Source: an uncultured Acidimicrobiaceae bacterium (GTDB lineage Bacteria; Actinomycetota; Acidimicrobiia; Acidimicrobiales; RAAP-2). From it: a DNA stretch of 64,000 nt. The notes below the pieces were generated by a model that was not told the DNA's origin, did not search any database, and was given only the letters and a program-made list of their open reading frames with translations. The stretch is taken from assembly GCA_963767195.1 (NCBI GenBank), contig CAVYDA010000003.1, positions 254,276-318,275 on the forward strand, written 5' to 3'. The translations under genes were made by a program, and so were the position numbers. Of this stretch, positions 10,459-21,646 are shown one piece after another; within the stretch, counting starts at the first letter, position 1; every line of letters begins with the position of its first letter.

Positions 10459-11099
10459 CGATCCGAGTCCTCATCGCCGACGACCAGTCCATGGTCCGCG
10501 CCGGCTTCCGAATGCTGCTCGCCGGCGAACAAGACATGGAAGTCGTCGCCGAAGCAAGCAACGGACTGGAAGCGGTGGCCATGGCGGCGCGGTTTGACCC
10601 GACCGTGATCCTGATGGACATCCGCATGCCAGAGCTCGACGGGCTAGAGGCCACCCGCCGGATCCTTGCCGCCGACAACACCGCGCGGATCCTGATCCTC
10701 ACCACCTTCGGACTCGACGAATACGTCTACGAAGCACTCAGCGCCGGCGCGAGCGGATTCGTGCTCAAAGACGACCCCCCCGAACAGCTGATCGAGGCGG
10801 TCCGCACCGTCGCCGCTGGAGACGCGCTCCTCTCACCCGCGATCACCAAACGCGTGATCAAGCAATTTACCCGCATTCCTCACCACGTGCCGCCGAAGGA
10901 ACTCGACGAGCTCACCGCACGCGAGCAAGACATCCTTCGGCTCATCGCCCGCGGCCTCTCCAACGCAGAGATCGGCGCCGAGCTCTACATCAGTGAGACG
11001 ACCGTCAAGACCCACGTCACGCACGTCCTCCAGAAACTCGGCCTCCGCGACCGCGTCCAAGTCGTCGTGCTCGCATACCAGACCGGGTTCGTAACGTGA
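10455..11099 (+). CDS. NarL/LuxR-family response regulator
   Basis: Receiver domain (IRVLIADDQSMVRAGF, DIRMPELDG) plus a LuxR HTH (LTAREQDILRLIARGLSNAEIGAELYISETTVKTHVTHVLQKLG). The ATGA overlaps the kinase stop. Confidence 0.92.
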   Translation: MTIRVLIADDQSMVRAGFRMLLAGEQDMEVVAEASNGLEAVAMAARFDPTVILMDIRMPELDGLEATRRILAADNTARILILTTFGLDEYVYEALSAGASGFVLKDDPPEQLIEAVRTVAAGDALLSPAITKRVIKQFTRIPHHVPPKELDELTAREQDILRLIARGLSNAEIGAELYISETTVKTHVTHVLQKLGLRDRVQVVVLAYQTGFVT

Positions 11100-11117
11100 G
11101 CCCCGTCCACCTAAGCC

Positions 11118-11301
11118 TCACAGGGGGAAGCGGCCGATCTCCTCGCGACCATTTAGTTTGTTGACCGCGAGCAACGATCTGTGCGTCATCGGTTAAGCAA
11201 GGCATTGCATCCATAGCTCGGTGGTGATCGACCGCGGTCAGGTAAGCGACGAGAAGGTTATGGCAGGCGGAGCGAGCGCCTGGGGTCCGGTCGGTGGTCA
11301 T
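11118..11301 (-). pseudogene. truncated NTF2/SnoaL-like gene remnant
   Basis: A strong SD (AGGAGG) lies 5 nt before the ATG at 11301. MTTDRTPGARSACHNLLVAYLTAVDHHRAMDAMPCLTDDAQIVARGQ resembles a SnoaL-like N-terminus. After a 1-nt shift it reads GREEIGRFPL and stops at 11118, abutting the regulator gene, so only about half a domain remains. Confidence 0.45.
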
Positions 11302-11504
11302 CAGTCCTCCTGGATGAGGTGCGTGCTGACCGGCGATACGAGGCTGCATCCTGGCGTCCCTCCTGCTGCCAAGAACACCGGGTTTAGGTTGGCCCATTTC
11401 GCCCGTACCCTTATTGATGAGCCACGGGTAGCAGAGATCTGATCCCCGCCCGATTTTGCTGGCGCCCAAGGAGAAAGCGTGACCAACCTCACGAGCCGCA
11501 GCAC

Positions 11505-12167
11505 ATGACCGACTTGGCCGAATGGGGTACCACCGTAGGGACCCTGGTCCTGGCCGGAGCGACCTTTGTATCGATCCGGTCTTCCAACCGTTCGGCCCGG
11601 ATTGCTGAGCGTGCGCTGCTTGCGGGACAGCGCCCGTTGCTCGTTGTCGCTCGGCGCCAAGACCCACCACAGGAGATTCAATTCGCCGACGGGCGGGTGT
11701 TGGAGTGCCTGTCCACTCAGGCGCTGTTTCTCTACGAGAAGGACGTCATCTATCTGGCGACCCCATTGCGAAACGCCGGCAGCGGCCTGGCCCAACTACA
11801 GGGCTACCGACTCGATCCCGAGCAACCTGACCGCGTGCAAATCGACCCACTTGGCATCGCCCGGCATCGCCGCGGAGGCGAGGCTCCCGATTCGGCAAGC
11901 TTCATCCCGCAGCAGCGCGACCTCTACATCGCGTCGGGTGAGACCGGCTTCTGGCAGGCGGCTCTCCGCGATCCTTCGAGTCCGACCTTCAAGTCAGTGC
12001 TACAAGCTCTCGATTCTCGCGGTCGCCTTACCGTCGACCTGGTGTATGGCGACCTCGAAGAGGGACAGCGGACCATCACACGCTTTGTGCTGCTCCCGAA
12101 CGCCGATGGATCATGGCGTTGCGACGTTGCTCATCACTGGCGAACAACCGCGGGCACTGGGTCCTAA
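11505..12167 (+). CDS. hypothetical membrane-anchored protein (no family recognised)
   Basis: 220-aa ORF with one N-terminal hydrophobic helix (GTTVGTLVLAGATFVSI) and a non-repetitive soluble part with plausible composition. It lies in the lower-GC block. Confidence 0.55.
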   Translation: MTDLAEWGTTVGTLVLAGATFVSIRSSNRSARIAERALLAGQRPLLVVARRQDPPQEIQFADGRVLECLSTQALFLYEKDVIYLATPLRNAGSGLAQLQGYRLDPEQPDRVQIDPLGIARHRRGGEAPDSASFIPQQRDLYIASGETGFWQAALRDPSSPTFKSVLQALDSRGRLTVDLVYGDLEEGQRTITRFVLLPNADGSWRCDVAHHWRTTAGTGS

Positions 12168-12449
12168 CAGATCCTGCTCAGGGCTCCATCCACGGGGAAA
12201 TGGGCCATGTGGCCGAGGCCTCTGCCGGTTGCACGTCGACCGGGAGGCCGTCGACTCGGCTCCGGTCCGAGTCCTGAACCCCCCAAGTAGGCCCGGCTTC
12301 CTCCCCTCCTTCTCCGGAAGTTCCTGGTTGATCTCCCCCCAACCCCCGAGAGCTCGGGCCGCCGAGCGACGGACGAGCTGGGCGTCTCTTTCGAAAATGA
12401 CGAGCGCACCCGGTCAGGGAGCGAATGCAAAGGACGTAGGATCGCTTGG

Positions 12450-15252
12450 ATGCCCATTCGAAGGGTAAACGGGAGGCCAGCAGAACCGAGTCTCTCGAGA
12501 GTCCTTTTCGGTAGGGACAACGAGACCAAAGTTCTCGAGTCCGTGCTCGAGGCGACTCGAAAAGGCGAGGGTGGCGCGATCGTCGTTCACGGTGAGCCGG
12601 GAATCGGCAAGACGGTGCTCCTGGAGCGCACCGTGGCCATGGCCAAGGATTTCAATGTGCTTCGCACTGTCGGCAACGAGGCAGAGATGGAGCTCGCCTA
12701 CGCCAGCCTGCAGGAGTTCTTTCGTCCAGAGATCATTGAGGTCGAACAACTTCCCCCGCCTCAGCTCAGCGCGTTGGAGGTCGCACTTGGGAGGCGGGAC
12801 GGCCAGGCTCCGGATCGATTGCTCGTCGGGCTCGGGCTTCTGAATCTGCTGTCGCTCGTGAGTGTGAAGCGTCCAGTTCTCTGCGTAGTCGATGATGGGC
12901 AGTGGCTCGATGCCGCTTCCGCTCAGGCAATCGGGTTCGCCGCTCGTCACGTCTCCCAGGACGCCGTTGCCTTTCTCTTTGGAACACGAAGATTGACTGA
13001 CGAGGTTCGTGGACTTCCCGAGCTGACCATTGGCGGTCTGGGAGACCAAGACGCCCGTGAACTCCTGGCGACGACCCTGCCGGATCGTCTTGACGACAGT
13101 GTGGTCGATCGGCTTATTGCGGAAACCCATGGCAATCCACTGGCCTTACTGGAACTTCCCCGAACCCTGACCCCCTCGCAGCTGGCGGGCGGGTTTGGCT
13201 TGCCGGTGTCGGTCACGCTGGCCGGCCAGATTGAGGAGAGCTATCGACGTCGGCTCGCGGGGTTGTCCCCGGAATCCAGAAGGCTGTTGTTGATTGTGGC
13301 GGCAGATCCAACCGGGGACTCCGGAGTCATTTGGCGTGCCGCAGACAACCTTGGAGTTCCTGAGGAGGCTGCCGAGACCATCGAGGATGACGGGCTGGTT
13401 GAATTTGGCGATCGCATCGTGTTCCGTCATCCCTTGGTTCGATCCGCCGTCTACAACACGGCCTCCCCCAAAGAGAGGAGAGACGCGCACCGTGCCCTGG
13501 CTGAAGCTACAGATAGCGCATCCGATCCTGATCGGACAGCGTGGCACCGCGCGCAGGCAACCGTTCGTCCGAACGAGGCCGTAGCGGCTGAACTGGAGAC
13601 ATCTGCGGAGCGGGCGCAATCTCGGGGTGGATTCGCTGCTGCCGGCGCTTTCTTGGAGCGCTCGGTGGCCTTGACCGTCGACCCGCCGCGTCGGGCTGTG
13701 CGGGCTCTTCGGGCAGCTCAAGCGAAGCGCCTGGCCGGAGCACTCGATGCCGCATCCGGTCTTGCGGTCATTGCAGAACGTGGACCCTTGGACGACCTGC
13801 ACAGGGCGCAGTTGGACGCGCTCCTGGGTCAGATCGCCTTCGCTCGAAGCCGGGGCAACGAGGTGTCGCCGCTCATGCTGAAGGCGGCTTCTCGGCTGGA
13901 GAAGGTCGATCTGAAGCTCGCTCGTGACACCTATCTCGATGCGCTGATCGCCGCCATTTTTTCGGGGCGCTTGGCCGTCGAGGCGAACGTCCAGGAGGTG
14001 GCCAGGGCCTCACGAGCAGTCTCGTCGACAGATCAGCCAATCGCGGGCCTCGGATCTGTTGCTCGAAGGTCTGTCGTTGCTCATTAGCTGATGGATTCAA
14101 AGCGGGAACTGCCGGTGTTGAAGAGGGCACTCAGTGCCTTTCGCGGAGACGATCTGAGCACTGAAGAGCGTTTGCGCTGGTCATGGGTTGCGGGCGGAAC
14201 CGCCGGATTCATCTGGGACCACGAATCGTGGGATGTCCTGACTGCCCGCCAGGAACGGCTTGCTCGAGATGTCGGCGCGTTGTCGGTGCTGCCGATCACG
14301 CTCAGCACCCGAGTTGGGGTGTGCCTGTACGCAGGGGACGTGGCAACGGCGCGATCCCTGGTTGACCAAGTTCAGGTCGTGACCGACGCGTCCGACAACA
14401 GGCGCTTCTCGAATGCCGCGCTGTTCCTCGCCGCATTCCGTGGCGACGATCATGAGGCCCGTCAGCTGATTGAGGCGATCAGCCGTGATTCGCAATCGAG
14501 AGGTGAAGGATTGGCCTTGAGCGTTGCCCAGTGGGCGACTGCTCTTCTCTGCAATGGAAGAGGGCAGTACGAGGAGGCGTTCCGCTCGGCCAAGGAAGCA
14601 GTGAAGGATCCGAACGATCTTTGGTATTGGGGTTGGGCCACGGTGGAACTCATTGAAGCAGCGAGCCGAACCAACCGGGTCGCAGACGCACGTTCTGCTC
14701 TTGAACACCTTGCTGAGAGCACTGCAGCCAGTGGCACCGAGTGGGCTCTGGCTGTTCAGGCACGCTCCAAGGCGCTTCTGTTGGAAGGCGCGGATGCGGA
14801 GGCCTTGTACGGAGAGGCCCTCGAGCGACTCTCGCCAACCCGGCTGCAGGTTGACCTTGCTCGTACCCGCCTTCTTTACGGAGAATGGCTTCGGAGGCAG
14901 CACCGGCAACGGGACGCACGCGATCAGCTCCGCCGTGCCCACGAACTCTTCGTCGAGTTCGAGATGTCCGCGTTTGCAGGTCGCGCTGCAAGCGGAGTTG
15001 TTGGCCACGGGAGGGCGGGCGCGCAAACGGGCAATCGAGACTCGAGTTGATCTCACTCCACAGGAGGCCCGGGTCTCGGAACTGGCTGCTCAGGGCGCGA
15101 CCAACCAGGACATCGCAGAGCAACTGTTCATTAGTCAGGCGACTGTTGAGTATCACCTCTCAAAGGTGTACAGAAAACTTGGAATCAGGTCCCGTACGCA
15201 GCTTGCCAACGTGTTGCACTCTCATCGGTCCGACATCGGTTCCTCTGATTGA
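12450..15252 (+). CDS. large ATP-binding LuxR-family (LAL/MalT-like) transcriptional regulator, about 4 apparent frameshifts
   Basis: Walker A HGEPGIGKT, Walker B CVVDDGQWLD, a long helical/TPR-like middle and a C-terminal LuxR HTH (LTPQEARVSELAAQGATNQDIAEQLFISQATVEYHLSKVYRKLG). Frames run 0-1-2-0 within 14040-14110 (ASDLLLEGLSLLIS / DGFKAG / LPVLKRALSAF) and 0-1 near 14985. Confidence 0.85.
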
Positions 15253-15309
15253 AGTGGGACGAACTGGTGAGACGGATGTGTCAATGGGCGCTGAATCGAC
15301 GGGCAAACC

Positions 15310-16255
15310 TCAGAGAGCGATAACAGTCTTGCCGCCCGGCATGGCTCCGACCTGAGCGCCGAACATCGCCGGAACATCGTCAAGACCTGATCCGCGAAAT
15401 CGGCGGCGGCTGCACCGATTGGTTGGCCAGGGCTTGGCCGACACGCTCCATCAGCTCGCTGGTCGGGCGCAGAGCAAAGTTGACCCCGCGAATACCGGAT
15501 GACTGCAGAGCCTCGAGGTCGGCAACATATTGGGTTGTGATAGCGACGCCCCCTGGGCGAACAAGCGCCGAGAGCGATGTGAATGCCATGGCGTCGCTGA
15601 CGACGTCAATCAGGACGTCGACGCCGTCAGGGTGAGAGGCTCGAACGGCGTCGGCCACTGACACCTTGGAACGAACAAGTGTCTCGGACACGCCGTACGA
15701 ACGCATTCGGTCCTCGTCGGAGGCGTTGATGCTCGCGATGACTGAGGCCCCGGCTCTGACGGCGAATTGAGTGGCAAATGTACCCACGCCACCCCCAGCT
15801 CCGATGAGCAGGAGCACCTGGTCTTCAAGGGGGTCGAGCAGATCGATGAGGCTCAGCCCAGTCCCTCCGGCAGTCGGCGCAGTAGATGCCACGTACAGGT
15901 CGAGGTCGTCTGGAACCCACGTCAAAGGTGCCTGCGCCGAGACGGCGACGTATTCGGCGTAGGTCCCGGTCGCACCGATGGGCGGGATGAACAATTGGCC
16001 GAACACTCTGTCACCACGGGAAAATTTGGTCGTCCCCTCGCCGGTGGCCTCGACGTATCCAGCGCCGTCGACTCCTAGCACCATCGGAAAAACGGCCGGC
16101 GCGGGTCTCCACTCGCCTGACGCCAGCTTTGCATCCATCGGGTTGATGGAGGCGGCGACAAGTTTGATCAGAACCTGACCAGGGCCCGCGATCGGTGTTG
16201 TGGCCTCCATAACCTCCGGCAAATCCCCGAAATAGTTCACCGCGACCGCTCTCAT
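15310..16255 (-). CDS. zinc-type alcohol dehydrogenase / NADPH:quinone oxidoreductase family (one apparent frameshift near 15390)
   Basis: MRAVAVNYFG...GQVLIKLVAASINPMD and LIGAGGGVGTFATQFA (Rossmann). The family-typical C-terminus GLDDVPAMFGAQVGAMPGGKTVIAL* is found in another frame and ends at 15310, beyond the ORF-track end at 15380. Confidence 0.8.
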
Positions 16256-16662
16256 CGCTCCTCCTCCGTCGCTCCTCGGCATCCACCCCGTGTGCGATGC
16301 CACAATGCTGACATCTCATTTCCGCACTTCGAGTCAGCATCGCAATCAAGGAATCCCTTAGTCACACCTCGACTGACCCCGATGTGCGGGGATGCAACCA
16401 TGCTTCGGCCGAAGCCTCAGGGCGAACCGTTGCGCTGGGCAGCGTTCATGGGAGGGATCGGGCGGCCCAGTCGGACGATGGACGAAATGGAGCGAGTCGT
16501 GACTCCGATCAAGACCGATCTTTGGCCCATCCCCCGACCTCAAGGACCTCCTTCGACCACGCGAAGAGCCGACTAGGGGTTTCCCGGATGCAAACCCTTC
16601 TTGGCCTGCCAATGATGTGAACAGCACCGCTCAGGACATTCGATGCAAAAGGAGGCAGGCTC

Positions 16663-17361
16663 ATGCCGGACGACTCGGTGGGTGACTCTGGATCCTCGGT
16701 CGAAAGGCGTCACCTTCTGCTGGTCGGTGCCGGGCCGGGTCTTGGAATGGCCGTCGCTCGTCGCTTTGCCGAGCGCGGCTATCGGGTGACCTTGGTCGCC
16801 CGCAGCGCGGACGGACTCCGCGATCTCGCTGACAGCCTGACTGACACCGGGGCCCGGATCGACACGAGTGCCGCAGATGCCAGCGACCCGGAGGGTCTGA
16901 GAGCTCGGATGGCGGACCTCTACAAGGAGCAGGGTGCGCCCGGGCTCATCATTTACAACGCGGTCATGGGGGCCCCGGATACTCTCCTGAGCTCGAGCGT
17001 CGAGCACCTGCAGACGGCCTATGCGGTCGACGTCATCGGCGCCATCGTCGTGGCGCAGGTCGCCGCCCCAGCCATGCGCGAGGCCGGCACCGGCACCATC
17101 ATCGTGACGGGTGGGGGATTCGCAGATCATCCGATCCCGGCCCTCGCATCTGTTTCGCTCGGCAAAGCTGCTTTGCGATCCGCCGCCACCATGCTCGGAG
17201 CTGATCTGGCGCCCGATGGCATCCGCGTTGCGACCTTGACGATCGGGGGACAGATCATTGCGGGCACCGCCTTCGATCCCGAGATCATCGCGACGCGCTA
17301 CTGGGAGGTCGTCCATACGGACGATCCGTGGCAGGCGGAGTTCCACTTCACGGGTGAATAG
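16663..17361 (+). CDS. short-chain dehydrogenase/reductase (SDR)
   Basis: LLLVGAGPGLGMAVARRFAERGYRVTLVARS (TGxxxGxG-like motif), NAV, and an SLGKAAL catalytic region. Confidence 0.85.
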   Translation: MPDDSVGDSGSSVERRHLLLVGAGPGLGMAVARRFAERGYRVTLVARSADGLRDLADSLTDTGARIDTSAADASDPEGLRARMADLYKEQGAPGLIIYNAVMGAPDTLLSSSVEHLQTAYAVDVIGAIVVAQVAAPAMREAGTGTIIVTGGGFADHPIPALASVSLGKAALRSAATMLGADLAPDGIRVATLTIGGQIIAGTAFDPEIIATRYWEVVHTDDPWQAEFHFTGE

Positions 17362-17463
17362 GGCCCATGACGGCTTGAGCGATTCGCGATCGTGAAATGA
17401 ATTCCGCTGTGGACGAAGACCGTCACGTCCCTTGACGTTGAATCCAGACAGGCCAACCCTGCT

Positions 17464-18873
17464 TCAGAGGGAGTCGTTCAGGTGTGACGGCGCAAAGGTG
17501 CCAACTTCTCCCACGAGGGTAACCAACGACATGGTGGGATCGAGTTCTTTGGTCGTTGCTTCGCATTCGATCATTGTCTTGATCAGGACGGCCAGGTTGG
17601 AGGACAGCACGATGCCAAATTCGCGGGCGAGACGGAGGAGTCGTCCCAATAGTTCACCGAATCTGGTGTTGTCCGGACGCGTATCGGAAAGGATGTCCAG
17701 AAGCTCTTCCAGCTGTGTCCCAAACTCGGTGGCATCGACACTCCGCGTCGTGCGACTGACTGAGAGAACAGCGTGAGCAAGTGCTTCACCATCTTGAGCA
17801 ATCACGGCTGCCATCATTTGAACGAGGGCGGAGCGTTCGGCGGGCTCGACCGTACCGACCTCGCCAAAATCAACGAGACCGATGCGCTCTCCGTCGATCG
17901 CAATGAGGTTGCCCGGATGGGGGTCGGCGTGGAAGCGATCGGATTGGAAAATCATTATCCCGTAGGCCTGCAGTATGGTTCGCGCCAATCCAGATCGATT
18001 GGCACCAGCGGCCGCCAGACGTTCCTGGCTGGTGAGGGGAACACCTTCGATCCAATCCATGACCAAGATTGCTTCGCCGCTCATCTCGGTCAAAGCGGCT
18101 GGGATCGTGACGGCTTCGTTGTTCGCGAACGTGCGACCGAGTGCCTCCAAATTTTCTGCTTCGGAAGTGAAGTCGGTCTCAGCGCGCAGCAGGGCTGCGA
18201 ACTCGTCAAGGATTGCAACAGGATCGTCGGCGCGAAACCGTGACGAGAGCCTCGCGGCCAGCCCAGCAAAGTAGCCAAGTAGCCAGACGTCTGCATCAAT
18301 GGCACTGCCGATTCCGGGACGGCGCACCTTCACCGCAACACGACGACCGTTGTGGAGCGTTGCACGATGAACCTGAGCAATCGATCCGCAGGCGATGGGC
18401 GCGATGTCGAGTGTCGCGAATTGGGCTTCGGGCTGTGAGCCGAGGCTCCGCTCGAGTTCTGCAACGAGTTTCTCCCGTGAAATGCTTGGTGCGTGATCCT
18501 GCAACGTCGCGAGTTCTCGTTGCACTATTGGCGGGGTGAGGTCGGGACGCGACGCCAGCAGCTGCCCCAGCTTGACGAACGTCGGCCCGAGGTCTTCGAG
18601 GCCGAGTCGGAGCTGATGGGCAAATGACCCTGTGAGGTCGACATCGTGAGAGCGATGCCGGGTGACTGCGGCGTGCCACCCGACCCTCCCGCTTCGATAG
18701 GCGAGAACCCCCAGGATCGTGGCAGATCGAGCGAGGAGGGACCTCGCGGTCCTCCCTTGGAGATGATTGGTCGCGATGAGGCTGCCTTCTTGTTTGACAA
18801 GTCGAGATCGGATGTCATCGAGTCGTGAGATGACAACCCCTTCCAAGATCGATCCAACGGCTGGGTGGATCAT
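17464..18873 (-). CDS. ABC1/UbiB (AarF) atypical kinase family protein
   Basis: FVKLGQLLASRPDLTPP, GSIAQVHRATL..VAVKVRRPG, HADPHPGNL and LVDFGEVG motifs typical of the ABC1 family. Confidence 0.85.
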   Translation of the reverse strand: MIHPAVGSILEGVVISRLDDIRSRLVKQEGSLIATNHLQGRTARSLLARSATILGVLAYRSGRVGWHAAVTRHRSHDVDLTGSFAHQLRLGLEDLGPTFVKLGQLLASRPDLTPPIVQRELATLQDHAPSISREKLVAELERSLGSQPEAQFATLDIAPIACGSIAQVHRATLHNGRRVAVKVRRPGIGSAIDADVWLLGYFAGLAARLSSRFRADDPVAILDEFAALLRAETDFTSEAENLEALGRTFANNEAVTIPAALTEMSGEAILVMDWIEGVPLTSQERLAAAGANRSGLARTILQAYGIMIFQSDRFHADPHPGNLIAIDGERIGLVDFGEVGTVEPAERSALVQMMAAVIAQDGEALAHAVLSVSRTTRSVDATEFGTQLEELLDILSDTRPDNTRFGELLGRLLRLAREFGIVLSSNLAVLIKTMIECEATTKELDPTMSLVTLVGEVGTFAPSHLNDSL

Positions 18874-19475
18874 CGCCGCGTCTCGCCGACGTCAGGTCGA
18901 GCTGAGGATCGCGCAAAAGGCAGCCGAAGATTGGATCAGTTTCCATCGGCTATGCCGCGATTTGCATCCATGAAAACCTTAGTCACTGGATGGCAGAAGC
19001 TCGAAGTCAGACACCGCATCCGCGGGTCCGTGGCCCAGCCAACGATCGGCTCGGACAGCACTGACCTTCCCTCTTTCGGGTCTGAGTCTTTCGGAAGGAG
19101 CCCTACCCAAGGGTGGCCGCACAGGCGGTCGCCAGCTCGTCCGCTGGCCGCTCTGGACGGACCACGCCGACGACCTTTCGGCCCGCAACGATCAGATTGA
19201 GGGCTCGACGACGGAACAGGAGCGATTCGGCCCCAAGATCTAGGGAGTTGCCCTAGGGATCCGAATCCGTTCATCCGTCAGTCGTGGGACGCGTGCGGAT
19301 CATCGTTGAGATCTCAGAAGGTGAGGACGGGCGTGCCGCCGGGACGGTGCGGGCGGCAGGAGAAACGCTGGCCCGGCCCTTCTACGGGGAACCTCGAATT
19401 CCTCGCCGTGATCGAGAGCCTCTATCGGATTGGCGCTGACACAGCCGGCCACGAGTCCGGCCCGACTGAGAAGGA

Positions 19476-20042
19476 GTGATCATGAAGAACCTGATTTGGA
19501 GCTTTTCCCCGTGGGTCGCCTTCCTGTTGGGCGTGCGCATCGGTGGGGTGTACTGGGGAGCCGGCATCGGTCTGGCGGTCGCTCTGGTCGTCCTGGTGCG
19601 TGCGCTCGGCCGCCACAGCACCCACATGTTCGACGTCATCGGTGTCATCTACTTCGGAGGTCTGCTCGCGCTGCTGGCTGCGATCCACCCGGGCGACATC
19701 GCCACCTGGGGCCGGTACGCGCAGGCCGTCGCCCACGGATCGCTCACCTTGATCGTCTTCGGTTCCGTCCTCGTCGGCAAGCCCTTCACGGAGCCCTATG
19801 CCCGGGAGCAAGCTCCCGAGCGGGTTTGGAAGACCGCCCGGTTCCACGAACTGAACCGCCGGCTGTCGGCGGTGTGGGGCTTGGCGTTCCTCGTCGGCAC
19901 GATCTCGCTGGTCATCGCCGGTTCGCAGGACTCGCGTCAGTTCGTGCTGCGACTGGTCGTCCCCTTCGGTGCGCTGCTCCTCGCCTTCATGTACAGCCAG
20001 AAGCAGGCCAGCGTGTCCGCCAAGGCGGCGTCCGCCGGCTGA
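19476..20042 (+). CDS. hypothetical integral membrane protein
   Basis: 188 aa with about 5-6 hydrophobic helices. GAAGGAG precedes the start. The ATG at 19482 is an equally good start. Confidence 0.6.
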   Translation: MIMKNLIWSFSPWVAFLLGVRIGGVYWGAGIGLAVALVVLVRALGRHSTHMFDVIGVIYFGGLLALLAAIHPGDIATWGRYAQAVAHGSLTLIVFGSVLVGKPFTEPYAREQAPERVWKTARFHELNRRLSAVWGLAFLVGTISLVIAGSQDSRQFVLRLVVPFGALLLAFMYSQKQASVSAKAASAG

Positions 20043-20100
20043 AGCGAGCATCTCCCCGTCATCTCGAACCCGGCCCGCACAGAGCAACGAGGAGCCAGCC

Positions 20101-21567
20101 GTGGCGATCGAATCCGAAGACACGGGCCTGTGGTCGAATCCACCGGCGCCGGTCGCCGGCGCCGGCGACATCGCGAAGGGCGCAGACCCGCACCGGATCG
20201 CCGAGCCGGGTGCCGTGCCGACGATGCCGGTACGAGCGAGGATGGTTCTGCGGGTCAAGGCAGTCTGGATCTTCCCGCTGGCCATCCCGCTCGTGTTGAT
20301 CGTACTGATGACGTTCATCTACATCGGTTCCGTTCTGAATCCGACGGCGCACCTGCACGGGCTTCCGGTCATGGTGGTGAACCAGGACAGCGGTGCCACC
20401 GCGAACGGCCGGCACATCGACGAGGGCGCCACGGTGGTCCACGCGTTGAAGAGCTCGCCCGTGGTGAGCACCAAGCTGGAGTTGCGCAGCGCGACGTTGG
20501 ATGAGGCGAAGGCGGAGATGGACCGGGGGGGCGCCTATGCGACGATCGTGATTCCGTCCGGCTTCACCGACTCCCTCCTTGCCGCGGCAGGGAACGACGT
20601 GCCCGCGGCGGGGGGGAGCTCGGCGCAGCCCAGGGTGCAGCTGTTGGAGAACAGCCGGCTGGGCAGTCTGGGCGTCAACCTGGCGGCGGGCGTCCTCACC
20701 CCGGCCTTCCAGCAGATCTCGTCGACCATCGGAGGGCAGCTTGTTGCTCACAGCACCGCGGAAGCCCGGAGCACGTCCTTCGCCACCGCGCAGCTGCACG
20801 ACCCCCTTCGCTTCGAGACGGTGAGCTACCGACCGCTCCCACCGAACACGGCGCTCGGGCTCAGCGCGTTCTACGTGGCGCTGCTGGCGATGATGGCCGG
20901 CTTCGTCGGAGCGACCATCGTCAACTCCTCCCTCGACGGCGCCCTCGGATACGCCACGACCGAACTGGGCCCCACTGGAAGCAGCGGCGGCCCCTCCCGA
21001 TCGCCCGCCGCCAGACTCTCATCTTGAAGTGGTCCGTCGCCTTGGTCGTCATCCCAGTCCTCGACGCCGCCATCGTGGGCGTGGCCGCAGGCATCCTGCG
21101 AATGGACGCCCCAACCCCGCCCTACTCTGGGCCGTCCTGGCCCTGGCCTCGCTGATGGTTGCGAGCGTCACCTCACGCTCTTCGCCGCCTTCGGGTCGAT
21201 CGGGCAGCTCCTGGCCATGCTCGGGTTGGTGTACCTCTCCCTGGCGTCATCGGGGGGCACGGTGCCGACGCAGGCGCTCCCGGGCTTCTTCAATTTCGTC
21301 GGGCACGTCGAGCCGCTCCGCCAGGTCCTCACGGCCGCCCGCGCCGTCCTGTACTTCGGGGCCCGGCGAATGCGGGTCTGACCCACGCGCTCGTCGTGCT
21401 CGGACTCGAGATCGCCGCCGCAGATCGTCGCTGGGCTCCTCGTCACGAGCTGGTACGACCACAAGCACCTGTATCGCTTGTCTCCCGAGCTGATCGCCTA
21501 TGTCTCCCGCGTGACCGACGAGCGGCTGGCTGCTGCGCATCGCCGGGCGACGACGGTCGCCTCGTAG
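20101..21567 (+). CDS. DUF3533/YhgE-Pip-like membrane protein, about 5 apparent frameshifts
   Basis: GAGGAG lies 7 nt before the GTG at 20101. N-terminal TM segment, large extracytoplasmic loop (VVNQDSGATANG...AYATIVIPSGFT), then C-terminal helices. These read through frames 1-0-2-1-0-1 between about 20970 and 21421 and end ...RLSPELIAYVSRVTDERLAAAHRRATTVAS*. Confidence 0.65.
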
Positions 21568-21646
21568 CGCAACCCAGCAACTCACGGGGTTGCCGCTGGG
21601 GAGGGCGCGTATCCGCAACGGGCGATGGGTACCGGTACCGTCTTTG

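Noticed and set aside
18970-19200. ATG followed by MKTLVTG, which resembles the N-terminus of an NmrA/SDR Rossmann protein, in the 600-bp spacer upstream of the ABC1 kinase gene.
   Set aside because: There is no SD. The GxxGxxG motif does not continue in any frame that I could stitch, and no family-like sequence follows. At best it is a heavily decayed remnant.
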